This document shows, one piece after another, positions 1-9,616 of a stretch of 64,000 nucleotides of DNA (the first letter of the stretch is position 1; each line of letters opens with the position of its first letter). The notes beneath the pieces are model-generated. The model was not told where the DNA came from, searched no databases, and saw only the letters and a list, made by a program, of their open reading frames with translations. The position numbers and the translations under genes were made by a program. Source of the DNA: a virus; the IMG/VR virus record IMGVR_UViG_3300002307_000022, positions 44,585-108,584 of that record; one strand, given 5' to 3'.

Positions 1-498
1 ATTTATTGTGAGATCTTTAATAGTGTAATCTTCATATTCTTTTATATTTTGAGGATAATGAATATACTTTAATTTTTTTTCTTTTAACACAAGATCAGCA
101 TGATGAATGTATATCCAAGTTTTTGTTATAAAGTCTTTTACATCAATTTGATCTTCCCACAGTTTATATTTTTTCTTTCTCCAAAATCCTAAACGTGTGC
201 GTCTAGATACAGTATTAGTCCACTTATCAAATACAATATCCCTAACCGGGTGTGTCCACATTATAACTACTATGTCATCAGGATTAAAATTAAAAGTTAA
301 AATATTATATAGTATTTCTATATTGCTTGCACCCGGATAACTTACATTTATCAATTCTAATTTTAACTTTTGGCTTAACAATGCTGCCCAGCCTAATTTA
401 CTAGAAGAAATAGGATATCCAGTAAACGGCATTAATTTAATATCAGGTAATCCTTGACCGTATGTATAAGAACAACCAAATGTAATCAATCTTGGCAT
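1..498 (-). CDS. Partial CDS (runs off the left edge): SGNH/GDSL-hydrolase-like protein
   Basis: Not in the ORF track. Manual translation from ATG at 498 gives MPRLITFGCSYTYGQGLPD...LGWAALLSQKLKLELINVSYPGASN..., open to position 1. FGCSYTYG and N.S.PGASN resemble SGNH blocks I and II. It overlaps the stop of the QueC-like gene. Confidence 0.6.
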   Translation of the reverse strand, partial: MPRLITFGCSYTYGQGLPDIKLMPFTGYPISSSKLGWAALLSQKLKLELINVSYPGASNIEILYNILTFNFNPDDIVVIMWTHPVRDIVFDKWTNTVSRRTRLGFWRKKKYKLWEDQIDVKDFITKTWIYIHHADLVLKEKKLKYIHYPQNIKEYEDYTIKDLTIN

Positions 499-1214
499 TT
501 TAAAGCCCATTCTCGTTCTTTACACCAAAAACAAACTCCACAAGTCGGAACAGAATCATTAAATTTATAATTTTTATAATTTAAATTAATAAATTCTCCC
601 TCACAACTTCTGGTTATCTCAAATAAATCCATTATATTGTTATCTTTATATTGCTTTATTATCCAAGATTTTTCTATAAATCTAAAAGGGTGTATAGCCC
701 ATATATCTAGATGTTTCATTATAGTTAAGTGCTGGTTTGATTCAGTAGGTTCAATATCTCTTTCAATCATTCCTGATAAATCTATATTTCTAGGATTTCG
801 TGTTACTGCATTATAGTAAGCAGAGACATTATTATAATGACAAATGTATTCTGCATAAGCACGTTGTTGTGCATTGTCTCCACTAACCATTTTTCCATAT
901 TCATCTTGTATTATAGGTCCCATATTTCCATATTCAACATCCGGTGCTATAAAATTAGTGTGTCTTTCAAATTCAATATTAGGAAATCGAGTTTTTAACC
1001 ACATAAAAACATTTAAACTATCGTAACTCTGCCATGGTCTTGTTTTCCACATTCTTATATGAGATATTATATGTACTTTTTGATTATCAATTAACGAACA
1101 TAATAGATAAGCCAACAACGCACTGTCTGCACCACCACTTAACGAGATAGCAATACTATCCCAGCTATTAGAAAATGGTATTTTTACATTATCAATTATA
1201 TTGTCTTCATACAT
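486..1214 (-). CDS. QueC-like (7-cyano-7-deazaguanine synthase-like) PP-loop ATPase
   Basis: N-terminal PP-loop SLSGGADS plus a C-terminal Zn-binding pattern TRSC...CGVCFWCKER, as in the QueC family. Confidence 0.65.
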   Translation of the reverse strand: MYEDNIIDNVKIPFSNSWDSIAISLSGGADSALLAYLLCSLIDNQKVHIISHIRMWKTRPWQSYDSLNVFMWLKTRFPNIEFERHTNFIAPDVEYGNMGPIIQDEYGKMVSGDNAQQRAYAEYICHYNNVSAYYNAVTRNPRNIDLSGMIERDIEPTESNQHLTIMKHLDIWAIHPFRFIEKSWIIKQYKDNNIMDLFEITRSCEGEFINLNYKNYKFNDSVPTCGVCFWCKEREWALKCQD

Positions 1215-2064
1215 CGGTTTCTAAATACCTTATAAGAGGACTCACGCCAACCGGAAAATTTTCTCTGATGGCTAAATGTATAGCATTAGTTGGCATTAGA
1301 TTAAAATCTGAACAAATTTTATAATAAGAGCTTCCGTGAATTTTCCAAAGATAATCCGACGATAAGTTTCTTATAAAATATAATCCAATAATAGTTAATG
1401 CACGATTGTTCATATGAAAATCATTCATAATACTAATAGAATCTGCAGATATAAGATTAGACCATCGCAATCCAATACGATTCCATCCTAATCCCAATCC
1501 TTTACTTAAACTAATACCAACTTCTTTTATTGCTGGATGCGAAAAATCAAAATTAATATCTCGAGAGCAAGTTATCCAAGCACCGTCGATGTAAACATCA
1601 ATATTTTTTTCCAAGCATTCTTGTAGAATTTCTTCCATTTGTAAATGCGGAGTTCCTGTAGAAGGAAACGGCATAGCTATTAATAATGGAACATTTTCTA
1701 ATAATTCTCCGGGCTTGCTATATTGCAAATCTGTATTCAATCTTTCGTGATATCTATAATCACCTAACAATATTTGAGGAGTTGTTTTCATATAGATAGA
1801 ATCAATAAATTGGGTACATCCGTTACAAATATCAATTCTATTAAATTTATCTAATCCGATTAACCTATTTAGAGTTGAAGATGTTAACCAGTTTATCATT
1901 TCTATTTTAAAATCTTCATATATTTGATCGGTTATATCGTGTTCTACTTTTTTAAAAAGTATATCTTCTATTAATTTTTCTATTTTTCTATCAGACAGTG
2001 GTTGAGGTCTTTCAATTTCTAAAGCCGATGCACTATATAATTCTGCTATTTTCTGTCTACCCAT
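1207..2064 (-). CDS. PLP-dependent transferase-like protein (fold type I)
   Basis: YIDGAW (Asp that contacts the pyridine N) and SLSKGLGLGWNRIG (Schiff-base Lys followed by RIG), typical of aminotransferase class I/II folds. Confidence 0.55.
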   Translation of the reverse strand: MGRQKIAELYSASALEIERPQPLSDRKIEKLIEDILFKKVEHDITDQIYEDFKIEMINWLTSSTLNRLIGLDKFNRIDICNGCTQFIDSIYMKTTPQILLGDYRYHERLNTDLQYSKPGELLENVPLLIAMPFPSTGTPHLQMEEILQECLEKNIDVYIDGAWITCSRDINFDFSHPAIKEVGISLSKGLGLGWNRIGLRWSNLISADSISIMNDFHMNNRALTIIGLYFIRNLSSDYLWKIHGSSYYKICSDFNLMPTNAIHLAIRENFPVGVSPLIRYLETDV

Positions 2065-2068
2065 CAGA

Positions 2069-2076
2069 TATTTACC
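2069..2076 (-). promoter_or_regulatory. Late promoter-like motif GGTAAATA upstream of the PLP-fold gene
   Basis: TAAATA core ends 4 nt upstream of the ATG at 2064; divergent from the motif at 2093. Confidence 0.45.
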
Positions 2077-2092
2077 TTGGAAGAAAATAGCG

Positions 2093-2100
2093 TATAAATA
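2093..2100 (+). promoter_or_regulatory. T4-type late promoter TATAAATA
   Basis: Exact T4 late consensus just upstream of the ATG at 2106; a gp55-like sigma is encoded in the window. Confidence 0.6.
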
Positions 2101-2105
2101 ATTTT

Positions 2106-2789
2106 ATGATCACCCAATTAGATGTAAAATTTGATATCGACCCAATAGTCAAACAAGTAATAGATTTAGGACATTTTGAAGATAGTGTAATACTTAATGA
2201 AACTGAAGGTAAATTACTTAGTGGCCCGTATACAGTTAAAAAAGAATTTCAAAATACCCCACTAGGTGATGTATTAGATTCATTAGGTACTATCGGTGAA
2301 GCTCGACTATTAAAACTTACATCTGCAGAATCATATACTGCACATAGTGATCCAGATGATCGATTACATTTAGCAATAACTACAAATCCCTATTGTTTAC
2401 TAATAGATTTAGACAATGAAAGAAATTATCATATTCCAGTTAACGGAAATGTATATTTGATGGATACAAGTTATATACACGTAGCTTCAAATTTTGGAGG
2501 AAGGGATCGTATACATTTGAATATAAGAATACCATTACCTGCATTTACTTCTCCTGGATATAAATTAGGAATAGAGGGAGGAGATTTTGATTGGAAACAA
2601 GAAGCATATATGGTAATTATGACATTCTTTAATAGAGCTATAAAAGAAAAAATAATAACCGGATTTGAAAAAATAAATTCAAAAGAAGTGTTAATAAACT
2701 GTGAAGATGTTTCAATATTAAATCCGTATATAGAAAAATTAAAAAATAAAGGGTTTAATGTTATGATCGAAAAATATAATGTTTTATAA
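2106..2789 (+). CDS. Aspartyl/asparaginyl beta-hydroxylase-like 2OG-Fe(II) dioxygenase
   Basis: HSDPDDRLHL (HxD) followed by YLMDTSYIHVASNFGGRDRIHL (distal His, then R.HL), the AspH/cupin pattern. It carries an extra C-terminal domain. Confidence 0.65.
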   Translation: MITQLDVKFDIDPIVKQVIDLGHFEDSVILNETEGKLLSGPYTVKKEFQNTPLGDVLDSLGTIGEARLLKLTSAESYTAHSDPDDRLHLAITTNPYCLLIDLDNERNYHIPVNGNVYLMDTSYIHVASNFGGRDRIHLNIRIPLPAFTSPGYKLGIEGGDFDWKQEAYMVIMTFFNRAIKEKIITGFEKINSKEVLINCEDVSILNPYIEKLKNKGFNVMIEKYNVL

Positions 2790-3831
2790 TTCATCTATAA
2801 AAAAAATAGAGATAGAAGTATCATCTAAGTGTAATGCCAAATGCCCACACTGTTTAAGAGAAAGTAGAAATGGTGATTATAGTTTCTTTAATCAAGTAAA
2901 TCTAACTGAGGCATTTTTTAAAGAAAAGTTTTCTGAAGAATTTATAAAAAATTTACAGTCAATTTCATTTGTAGGAGTAATGGGAGAACCTGCAATGAAT
3001 AAAGAATTACCAAATATTATTAAATGGTTAAAAAATTGTAATTCAGAATTAGCTATTGATATATGTACAAATGGTGGAGTACAAAAACCAGAATGGTGGA
3101 TAGAATTAGGAAATCTACTAAAATATAAAGGAAGAGTTGTATTTGCCATAGATGGGTTAGAAGATACAAATCATATCTATAGAATAAATGTTAAATGGAA
3201 TATGGTTTTAGAAAATATAAAATCATATATATCTACAGGGGCTATTGCCGAATGGCAATTTATTCCATTTAAACACAACGAACATCAAATAGATATATGT
3301 AGATCATTATCAAAAGAATTAGGATTTAATAAATTTTTCATAAAAATTTCTCATAGAGATCTAACAAATCAACCACAACACGAAAAAAACAAGATAGAAA
3401 ATAGTGAAGATCCACAATATCGTCATCCCGGTGTGCCATTAGATTTTACTAATATGGATGCAGTTGAAAATTATTTAAACTCTGTTAATATAGATTGCTA
3501 TTCTATCAGTACTAGCTATGTATATCTATCAGCAGAAGGACTATTATATCCTTGTTGTCATACAGCCGGATTAATGCAAATGCCTGAGAAATTTCTACCA
3601 GAAGGATACACTTGGGTTACTGATGCTAATAATGCTATTAATAAAAATGAGATTAGTCTTTATAAAAACAACATTAACGATATAATAAAATCTAAAACTT
3701 TTATAGATATAAAAAATTCTTGGGCTAAAACTGTATCAATAGGAAGAAATCCCGTTTGTTCAATAATATGCGGAAAAACAAATAATACAGTTAGTATCAA
3801 AGATGTGCTTCGAAAAACTAATAAAAATTAG
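2779..3831 (+). CDS. Radical SAM protein with C-terminal SPASM/twitch-like Cys cluster
   Basis: CNAKCPHC (CxxxCxxC), GEP, TNGG, IDGL; C-terminal PCC and C..ICG. Confidence 0.8.
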   Translation: MFYNSSIKKIEIEVSSKCNAKCPHCLRESRNGDYSFFNQVNLTEAFFKEKFSEEFIKNLQSISFVGVMGEPAMNKELPNIIKWLKNCNSELAIDICTNGGVQKPEWWIELGNLLKYKGRVVFAIDGLEDTNHIYRINVKWNMVLENIKSYISTGAIAEWQFIPFKHNEHQIDICRSLSKELGFNKFFIKISHRDLTNQPQHEKNKIENSEDPQYRHPGVPLDFTNMDAVENYLNSVNIDCYSISTSYVYLSAEGLLYPCCHTAGLMQMPEKFLPEGYTWVTDANNAINKNEISLYKNNINDIIKSKTFIDIKNSWAKTVSIGRNPVCSIICGKTNNTVSIKDVLRKTNKN

Positions 3832-4915
3832 TTTCTAAAAATTGGTCCTGTGGTTGTGATATTTTAACTTTTTTAAATTTACCGCATACTCGAGCACACG
3901 TTATTAATTTTTCATCATTCCAATATTTTTTCCAAACAGTTTGCCACTTTGTGGATTCTAAAATATTTTTAATTCCAATTTTAGCATCAATTAGTTCTCT
4001 ACCGCCGAGGTCCTCAATTAAATTATTATATTGATTATTGATATCTTTAATTAATTGTTCAGATACAAATCCGTTAGGAGCATGATATGTAGTAGGGATT
4101 GAAGACAACCAGCAACAGGGCAATAATTTCTTATGTGCATCAATGTATATTTCTTTTAAATCTTGTACTAAGCAATGTATTTCAGCATCTTTTATTAAAT
4201 CTTTGTAAGAATTTATTATAGAGAGATCTAAAAATGAATCTTTTTCTTCTGAAGGTAATTCTAAAATATGAGTTACATTTCCCGATTTATCTAATACATT
4301 GTATGTAGGCTCTCCTAAAAATCTAGAACTTGATTTTAATTGAAATTGATTAAATTTTAATAGCTGTGCTCTTTCTTTACATTCATCAACTTGATGTTCA
4401 TTATGTTTAAATTTTATAAAAGTCCATTCAGCAAGGCCACCTTCTTCTATAAATGCAGTAGCATTACGTATAACATCTTCATATTTTGTTCCTACTCTAT
4501 ATAAATGATGAGTATCTTCTAATCCATCGATAGCAAAATGTACCATATGATTTTTAGGCAATACATTATAAAGATCTTTCCACCAAGATATTTTTCTAGC
4601 AGCACCGTTAGTGTGTATAGAAACAGTTACATTTGGATTTGTATTTTTTATGTAATCACACATTGGTATTAGATCATCATTTAAAATAGGATCTCCAAAG
4701 TTCCCACAAAAATAAATTTTATCAATTATTGAAAGTACTTCAGCAGTAATTATTTCTTTAAATTCATCTAATGTCCAATTATTTAATTTTAATAATGGAT
4801 TGGGTAATCCACTATGATGGTTTCTAGCACACATAGGACACTTGGCTTGACAATTATTAGAAATTTCGAGATGTATGTTTTTTAAGTCTTTAAATTTAAA
4901 CATTTTTATATCCAA
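3818..4915 (-). CDS. Radical SAM protein with SPASM/twitch-like domain (paralog of 2779..3831)
   Basis: CQAKCPMC, GNFGDP, HTNG, FAIDGLEDTHHLYR (nearly identical to the motif in the paralog), PCC and CARVCG. Confidence 0.8.
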   Translation of the reverse strand: MDIKMFKFKDLKNIHLEISNNCQAKCPMCARNHHSGLPNPLLKLNNWTLDEFKEIITAEVLSIIDKIYFCGNFGDPILNDDLIPMCDYIKNTNPNVTVSIHTNGAARKISWWKDLYNVLPKNHMVHFAIDGLEDTHHLYRVGTKYEDVIRNATAFIEEGGLAEWTFIKFKHNEHQVDECKERAQLLKFNQFQLKSSSRFLGEPTYNVLDKSGNVTHILELPSEEKDSFLDLSIINSYKDLIKDAEIHCLVQDLKEIYIDAHKKLLPCCWLSSIPTTYHAPNGFVSEQLIKDINNQYNNLIEDLGGRELIDAKIGIKNILESTKWQTVWKKYWNDEKLITCARVCGKFKKVKISQPQDQFLETNFY

Positions 4916-5504
4916 TTAACATATATCGTGTATATTTAGGTAATTCTAATAATGACGAGCTAACTACTTTTATCCTGCTTTGTTCTTTAAACTCTAATAA
5001 ATTATTAGCGCATCGAATATGCTCGTCAAGTTTAAAATAATTATTACTTTGTAAAACAATTAATGAGTTTGACGGTACTTTTCTTAACCAGTTATCGTAT
5101 GTTTCTTGATCAATATGTTCACAGCTAGTATTAATAACTATATCGGTGTAAAAATTATATCGATAATCTATCATATTAGCTGTTACTGCTTGAAATCTTC
5201 CCTGCATCTCTTCTATTTTATTTACAGTATTAGCTATTTCTTCACATACAGGATCAATATCTACAGAAACTATCTTAGTTATAGCAGTCGATGTTTGAAA
5301 TAATAAACTTGCTAATACACCGTTCCATCCACCGTGTATTACAATATTATTGGAAACGGATGATATATGAGCTATCAAATTATCTATTAACCAAATTTTA
5401 CTATTGATCTGCCCTTTCCAAAAACTTTCTAATGTTCGATATCGATCTTCACTATTACGAATAGCATCCATCCAAAATAAAACATGATCCGTATCTACTT
5501 GCAT
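4896..5504 (-). CDS. Class I SAM-dependent methyltransferase-like protein
   Basis: Gly-rich motif I variant IHGGWNG followed by an acidic VDIDP strand end; INTSCEH motif. Confidence 0.55.
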   Translation of the reverse strand: MQVDTDHVLFWMDAIRNSEDRYRTLESFWKGQINSKIWLIDNLIAHISSVSNNIVIHGGWNGVLASLLFQTSTAITKIVSVDIDPVCEEIANTVNKIEEMQGRFQAVTANMIDYRYNFYTDIVINTSCEHIDQETYDNWLRKVPSNSLIVLQSNNYFKLDEHIRCANNLLEFKEQSRIKVVSSSLLELPKYTRYMLIGYKNV

Positions 5505-6487
5505 TTGGGTACCTTACTGTCTGCTGAACTTATGCAACTATTAGTTATACAAGGACTAGCTTGGTTAAATAAAGAAAATCCGTTATCCAATGTACCTAAT
5601 AACTTATCGTGACAACTATAGCTACGTTTGACTTCATTTCCTCTTATTATAACACTTTGATAACCACTATTACATAGCCATCCTTTAAATTTGTTAAATC
5701 CATAAGCATTAAATCTCTCTGCTTGATCAAAGTGATATTCAAATCCCATAGAATCTTTTAATAAGATTTGATAAACAGCCTCTTCTCTAATATGTTGCGG
5801 AAATCCTGTCTGCATGATATCTATCATCTCAGTAGTATATCCTTCAACTATTTGAGTAGCAGTAGTATTACTTTGAGGTTTTAAAGTTACTGGTATACCT
5901 TTTTCGTGAAATCGACGACAGCGATTATAATATTCATAAAATCTATCAGGAACCATTACTTGATTAATTGTTACATATATTTGATTTTCAATAAGAAACA
6001 ATAATTTTTCACTAAATTCTGTTTCGTTAGCAAATTCAGAATGGAAACTAGCGGTAACGCTTGCTCTATCTAATTTAGACAATTTACTAACAAATTTTTT
6101 CCACCATTTTAATCCAGGACTACAATTACTAGTTACATGAAAACTTTGATACTTAGGCTCAGTATCATTAGCGTAATAATCTATTAAATTTAAAAAATCC
6201 TTATATGCAGTTGGTTCACCACCACTGAAACTAAAATGAAAATCTGTAAATCCGTTAGATCTTGCTTGTTTTTTAATCTCATCAATAGTTTTCTTATATA
6301 GTTTGAGATCATAATGATCTACTTTATCACTTCGAGCGTATGGCCAACAGTACGAACAATTATAATTACAAAATCTTCCTAATATCCAACTAACAGAAAA
6401 CAGGTCAGTGTCTAACATAGTTTTTTGACCAAAACTAACTATATCATCCCACGGTATCTTTTGAAAATCAGGATTTATTAAATTCAT
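5495..6487 (-). CDS. Radical SAM protein
   Basis: CNYNCSYC, FSGGEPT, TSN, SFH; C-terminal Cys residues (C..G, CH, C....C). Confidence 0.8.
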   Translation of the reverse strand: MNLINPDFQKIPWDDIVSFGQKTMLDTDLFSVSWILGRFCNYNCSYCWPYARSDKVDHYDLKLYKKTIDEIKKQARSNGFTDFHFSFSGGEPTAYKDFLNLIDYYANDTEPKYQSFHVTSNCSPGLKWWKKFVSKLSKLDRASVTASFHSEFANETEFSEKLLFLIENQIYVTINQVMVPDRFYEYYNRCRRFHEKGIPVTLKPQSNTTATQIVEGYTTEMIDIMQTGFPQHIREEAVYQILLKDSMGFEYHFDQAERFNAYGFNKFKGWLCNSGYQSVIIRGNEVKRSYSCHDKLLGTLDNGFSLFNQASPCITNSCISSADSKVPKCK

Positions 6488-7496
6488 TTTCTAACCATTC
6501 CCAATCGTTTATCTTAGATAAAAATTCACTATTGTTTCTGCTTTCATATCCATATTTTCTACCAGCCTGAGCACCCATTAATGCCCAGTGTCCGTAATCT
6601 TGATTTTGTCCAATAGTACACCAAATTTCTAATCTTTTTTCTGTTTCAGTATCAACTTGACCATCAATAATCCTACTTGATAATTTTACACATTCTCTAA
6701 ATGCGCTTCTCCAAGTACTGAATATATCAGTATTAAATGCTGTAATATTAGAAATTTCTTCAACCAATTTAAAGCTTCCGCTTATACTAGTAGACATATC
6801 AACTCGAGTAGTGTCCATATTTATAGTAGGTATTTTAGGTAATAATTTAACGCCACCGTATCCATATATTAATCCGTTTATTGGATTTTGGCTTCTCCAT
6901 ACGTGTACTGCATTATAATCTTCTGCTCGATAATCAAAATTAAAGTCATCTACTATCATAGCATCGCCGTCTATCGCCCAAAACATCTTAGTAGTTGATT
7001 TTAACGCAGCAGCTATATGTGCTTGATGTATACCTTTAACACCCTGAATCCTTTGTAAAGATGGTATTTTTAATTTAGCTATCTCAAAATTCTCTTCTGC
7101 GTTTGATTCATTGTAGCTAATAAAAAATGCGTCGTAAGGTAACGGCATAGATGCTTCAATATCTATATTCTTTTTAAATAAAAACGTATGTCTATTAATT
7201 TCTTCTTCTGTAAATTTGTATTTTTTAGGTATAAGATAAACATCATATTTAAAGATGTGTATGTATACTTCGTCCCAGGCAGGAACTTGATATGAGAAAT
7301 CAAAACTATCTACTATATTATTGTCACTATTTACAAGCCAAAACATTTTAGACATGGATTTTTTCTGTGCTCTTTGATATACATCATAAGAATTTTCAGA
7401 ATATTCTATAGTCTTAATAAACGGAAACCGCTTCTTAAGTTGATCTAAATTATCTGTATTACCATTTTGATCTTTTACATAAACAATATCATACAT
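6468..7496 (-). CDS. Glycosyltransferase-like protein (GT-A-like) with a degenerate N-terminal duplication
   Basis: FISYNE, GVKGIHQAH, DGD (DxD), NGLIYGYGGVK and WRSAFREC are shared with 8726..9616; it flanks the NDP-sugar dehydrogenase. Confidence 0.45.
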   Translation of the reverse strand: MYDIVYVKDQNGNTDNLDQLKKRFPFIKTIEYSENSYDVYQRAQKKSMSKMFWLVNSDNNIVDSFDFSYQVPAWDEVYIHIFKYDVYLIPKKYKFTEEEINRHTFLFKKNIDIEASMPLPYDAFFISYNESNAEENFEIAKLKIPSLQRIQGVKGIHQAHIAAALKSTTKMFWAIDGDAMIVDDFNFDYRAEDYNAVHVWRSQNPINGLIYGYGGVKLLPKIPTINMDTTRVDMSTSISGSFKLVEEISNITAFNTDIFSTWRSAFRECVKLSSRIIDGQVDTETEKRLEIWCTIGQNQDYGHWALMGAQAGRKYGYESRNNSEFLSKINDWEWLENEFNKS

Positions 7497-8724
7497 TTCG
7501 TTTCCTAGTATTTCCGTAATGTATTACTTTTACGCCGTTAGTTTTTGGAAATTGCCTCCAAGGATCAACAACAACACTGCCTTTGGGGATATTACAATAT
7601 AAACTATCCGGAACTAATTGTACTCCGGTTCCTGAATAAGTTACTTCAGCATTATGTGCCATTAAAAATACAGCCGGGCTATCAACAGAGTTATCGTCAC
7701 CCGTAAGTGGATCTACATATATTAGCTGTACTCCAGATTCTCTTATAAAATGTCCAATCAATTCACTATAACTACCTACAGTATATGGAACATAGGGTTT
7801 ATATGCTCTACCATGTATTACTACAGGCATATCGGTTTCTTTACTAAGTTTTATTAATGTGTTAGCTAGTCTTTCTGCTTGCTTATCTCTACTATGCATT
7901 ATAGAATGGAATAAATCATATCCTAAATCTAATTTTTCTGCTAGATATCTAAGTGCTATATTATCTCTAGGATGGCAAGCTCCGGCATCTCCCATGCCTG
8001 CTGTTAAATATTTTGGGCCTGTTATGCGTTGGGTAGCTGCCTTAAGAGCATCTGTTACAACATCAACATTTATATTTCCGTTAGTCTCTGCTACATCTTG
8101 TATCATATTTACTAGACCAATTTTAGCCGAAATAAACGTATTATAAAATACCTTTATAGCTTCTGCTTCGTCCCAAGTACCGACATTTATACGAGGATTG
8201 TTTTGCATAAGTGGTTGATAAAAATCAATTAGTACTTGTGCATCTCCGGTAATTGAGCCGTCTTCGGTTCCTATTATTAAACATTCAGGATTTATCATAT
8301 CCCACTTAACTGATCCCATTGCTATTAAATAAGGATTATATATAAATCGAGCATTAGTGATGCAAGGTTGTAAATGATGCCTGACTGTGCCGGGTAACAC
8401 TGTTGAAATTAACACTACTAATTGTGAATTATTCACATATTGATTAATTTCCGTTAATACATTCTGCACTATACTATAATCAAAATCTTTAGGAGGTAAT
8501 TCTGCTATTGGGCTCGACCCACCATATACAGAATCATGGGGAGTAGGAACTGCAACAAAAATTATATCTTGATCAACTACTGTTTCTTGTATTGAAGATT
8601 TAACAGATACGGTTGTAGGCTCAACACGATTTATATCATATCCGCACACCTCATAATGTTCTGCCATTACTTCTGCACACGGTAAACCGAGTTTACCTAA
8701 TCCTATCATTGCTATCTTCTTCAT
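7489..8724 (-). CDS. ugd: UDP-glucose/GDP-mannose 6-dehydrogenase family protein
   Basis: Rossmann IGLGKLG, VPTP, STV.PGT, AEAIKVFYNTFISAKI, and catalytic Cys in GACHPRD. Confidence 0.8.
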   Translation of the reverse strand: MKKIAMIGLGKLGLPCAEVMAEHYEVCGYDINRVEPTTVSVKSSIQETVVDQDIIFVAVPTPHDSVYGGSSPIAELPPKDFDYSIVQNVLTEINQYVNNSQLVVLISTVLPGTVRHHLQPCITNARFIYNPYLIAMGSVKWDMINPECLIIGTEDGSITGDAQVLIDFYQPLMQNNPRINVGTWDEAEAIKVFYNTFISAKIGLVNMIQDVAETNGNINVDVVTDALKAATQRITGPKYLTAGMGDAGACHPRDNIALRYLAEKLDLGYDLFHSIMHSRDKQAERLANTLIKLSKETDMPVVIHGRAYKPYVPYTVGSYSELIGHFIRESGVQLIYVDPLTGDDNSVDSPAVFLMAHNAEVTYSGTGVQLVPDSLYCNIPKGSVVVDPWRQFPKTNGVKVIHYGNTRKRNV

Positions 8725-8725
8725 A

Positions 8726-9616
8726 TTATCTCCTAATTATCCTTGGGGTATTCTGATATACCTTTTTAAAAAATTCACTAGCTTCAGGAGTTAACTCTGC
8801 CATTTCTAAGCTGAGATAATCTTTTAGTTGTGTTCCTAACTCAATTATTTCATCTAAAATATTATCATCTGTAATGTTATTAAGTATTTTTTCTTTCCAA
8901 AAATTAGTCAAATATTCAAAATCCCTAACATTTATATAATCCCAATCAGTGCAATTCGTCATAAAACATCCTAATCTAGTTCCATACATTGCCCATAATC
9001 CGTTCTTAACATCTGCACCTACATTAGACCATATTAATAATCTTTGATAGTTTTGCCACCAAATTTTCTTAATATCGTCGGCTTTTGCACCCCTATCTAG
9101 GCTCATTTTAACTCCTTCGCGAAAACCTGCTCTCCACGCCTGAAATGGGCTACCATTAATATAACTAGTAGAATAACATTCATTAAATTGATAATATCTA
9201 GGATCAAAACAAAATTCAACCACACTTTCAGTATCATTTGGATCACTATTTTCGTGTGTTTTCATTTTTAAGACAAAATCTTTAGTCCAACATTTAAGTC
9301 CGCCATTTCCGTAAATTAGCCCATTGACTGCATTTCTACCGCACCAACTAAAAACAAAATCCTTATTCTTATCAGTTATATCTATAGTTTGTTTAAAAAA
9401 AATCGGATCAATTATATTATCTGCATCTACACTTATGAATCTATCAGTTTCACTGAGATTTGCAGCAGCCTTATGTGCATTATCACTGCCTTTTACGCCG
9501 TGGACACGTTTAGCCCAAGGAACTAATTTAACTAACTCTGCATAATTTTTTTCTGCATTTGGTTCGTCATAGCTTATAAAAATAGTATCAATTTCGTGTA
9601 AAGTAAGTTTAGTCAT
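8726..9616 (-). CDS. Glycosyltransferase-like protein (paralog of the C-terminal domain of 6468..7496)
   Basis: FISYDEPNAE, GVKGSDNAH, VDAD (DxD), NGLIYGNGGLK, AWRAGFREG. Confidence 0.45.
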   Translation of the reverse strand: MTKLTLHEIDTIFISYDEPNAEKNYAELVKLVPWAKRVHGVKGSDNAHKAAANLSETDRFISVDADNIIDPIFFKQTIDITDKNKDFVFSWCGRNAVNGLIYGNGGLKCWTKDFVLKMKTHENSDPNDTESVVEFCFDPRYYQFNECYSTSYINGSPFQAWRAGFREGVKMSLDRGAKADDIKKIWWQNYQRLLIWSNVGADVKNGLWAMYGTRLGCFMTNCTDWDYINVRDFEYLTNFWKEKILNNITDDNILDEIIELGTQLKDYLSLEMAELTPEASEFFKKVYQNTPRIIRR

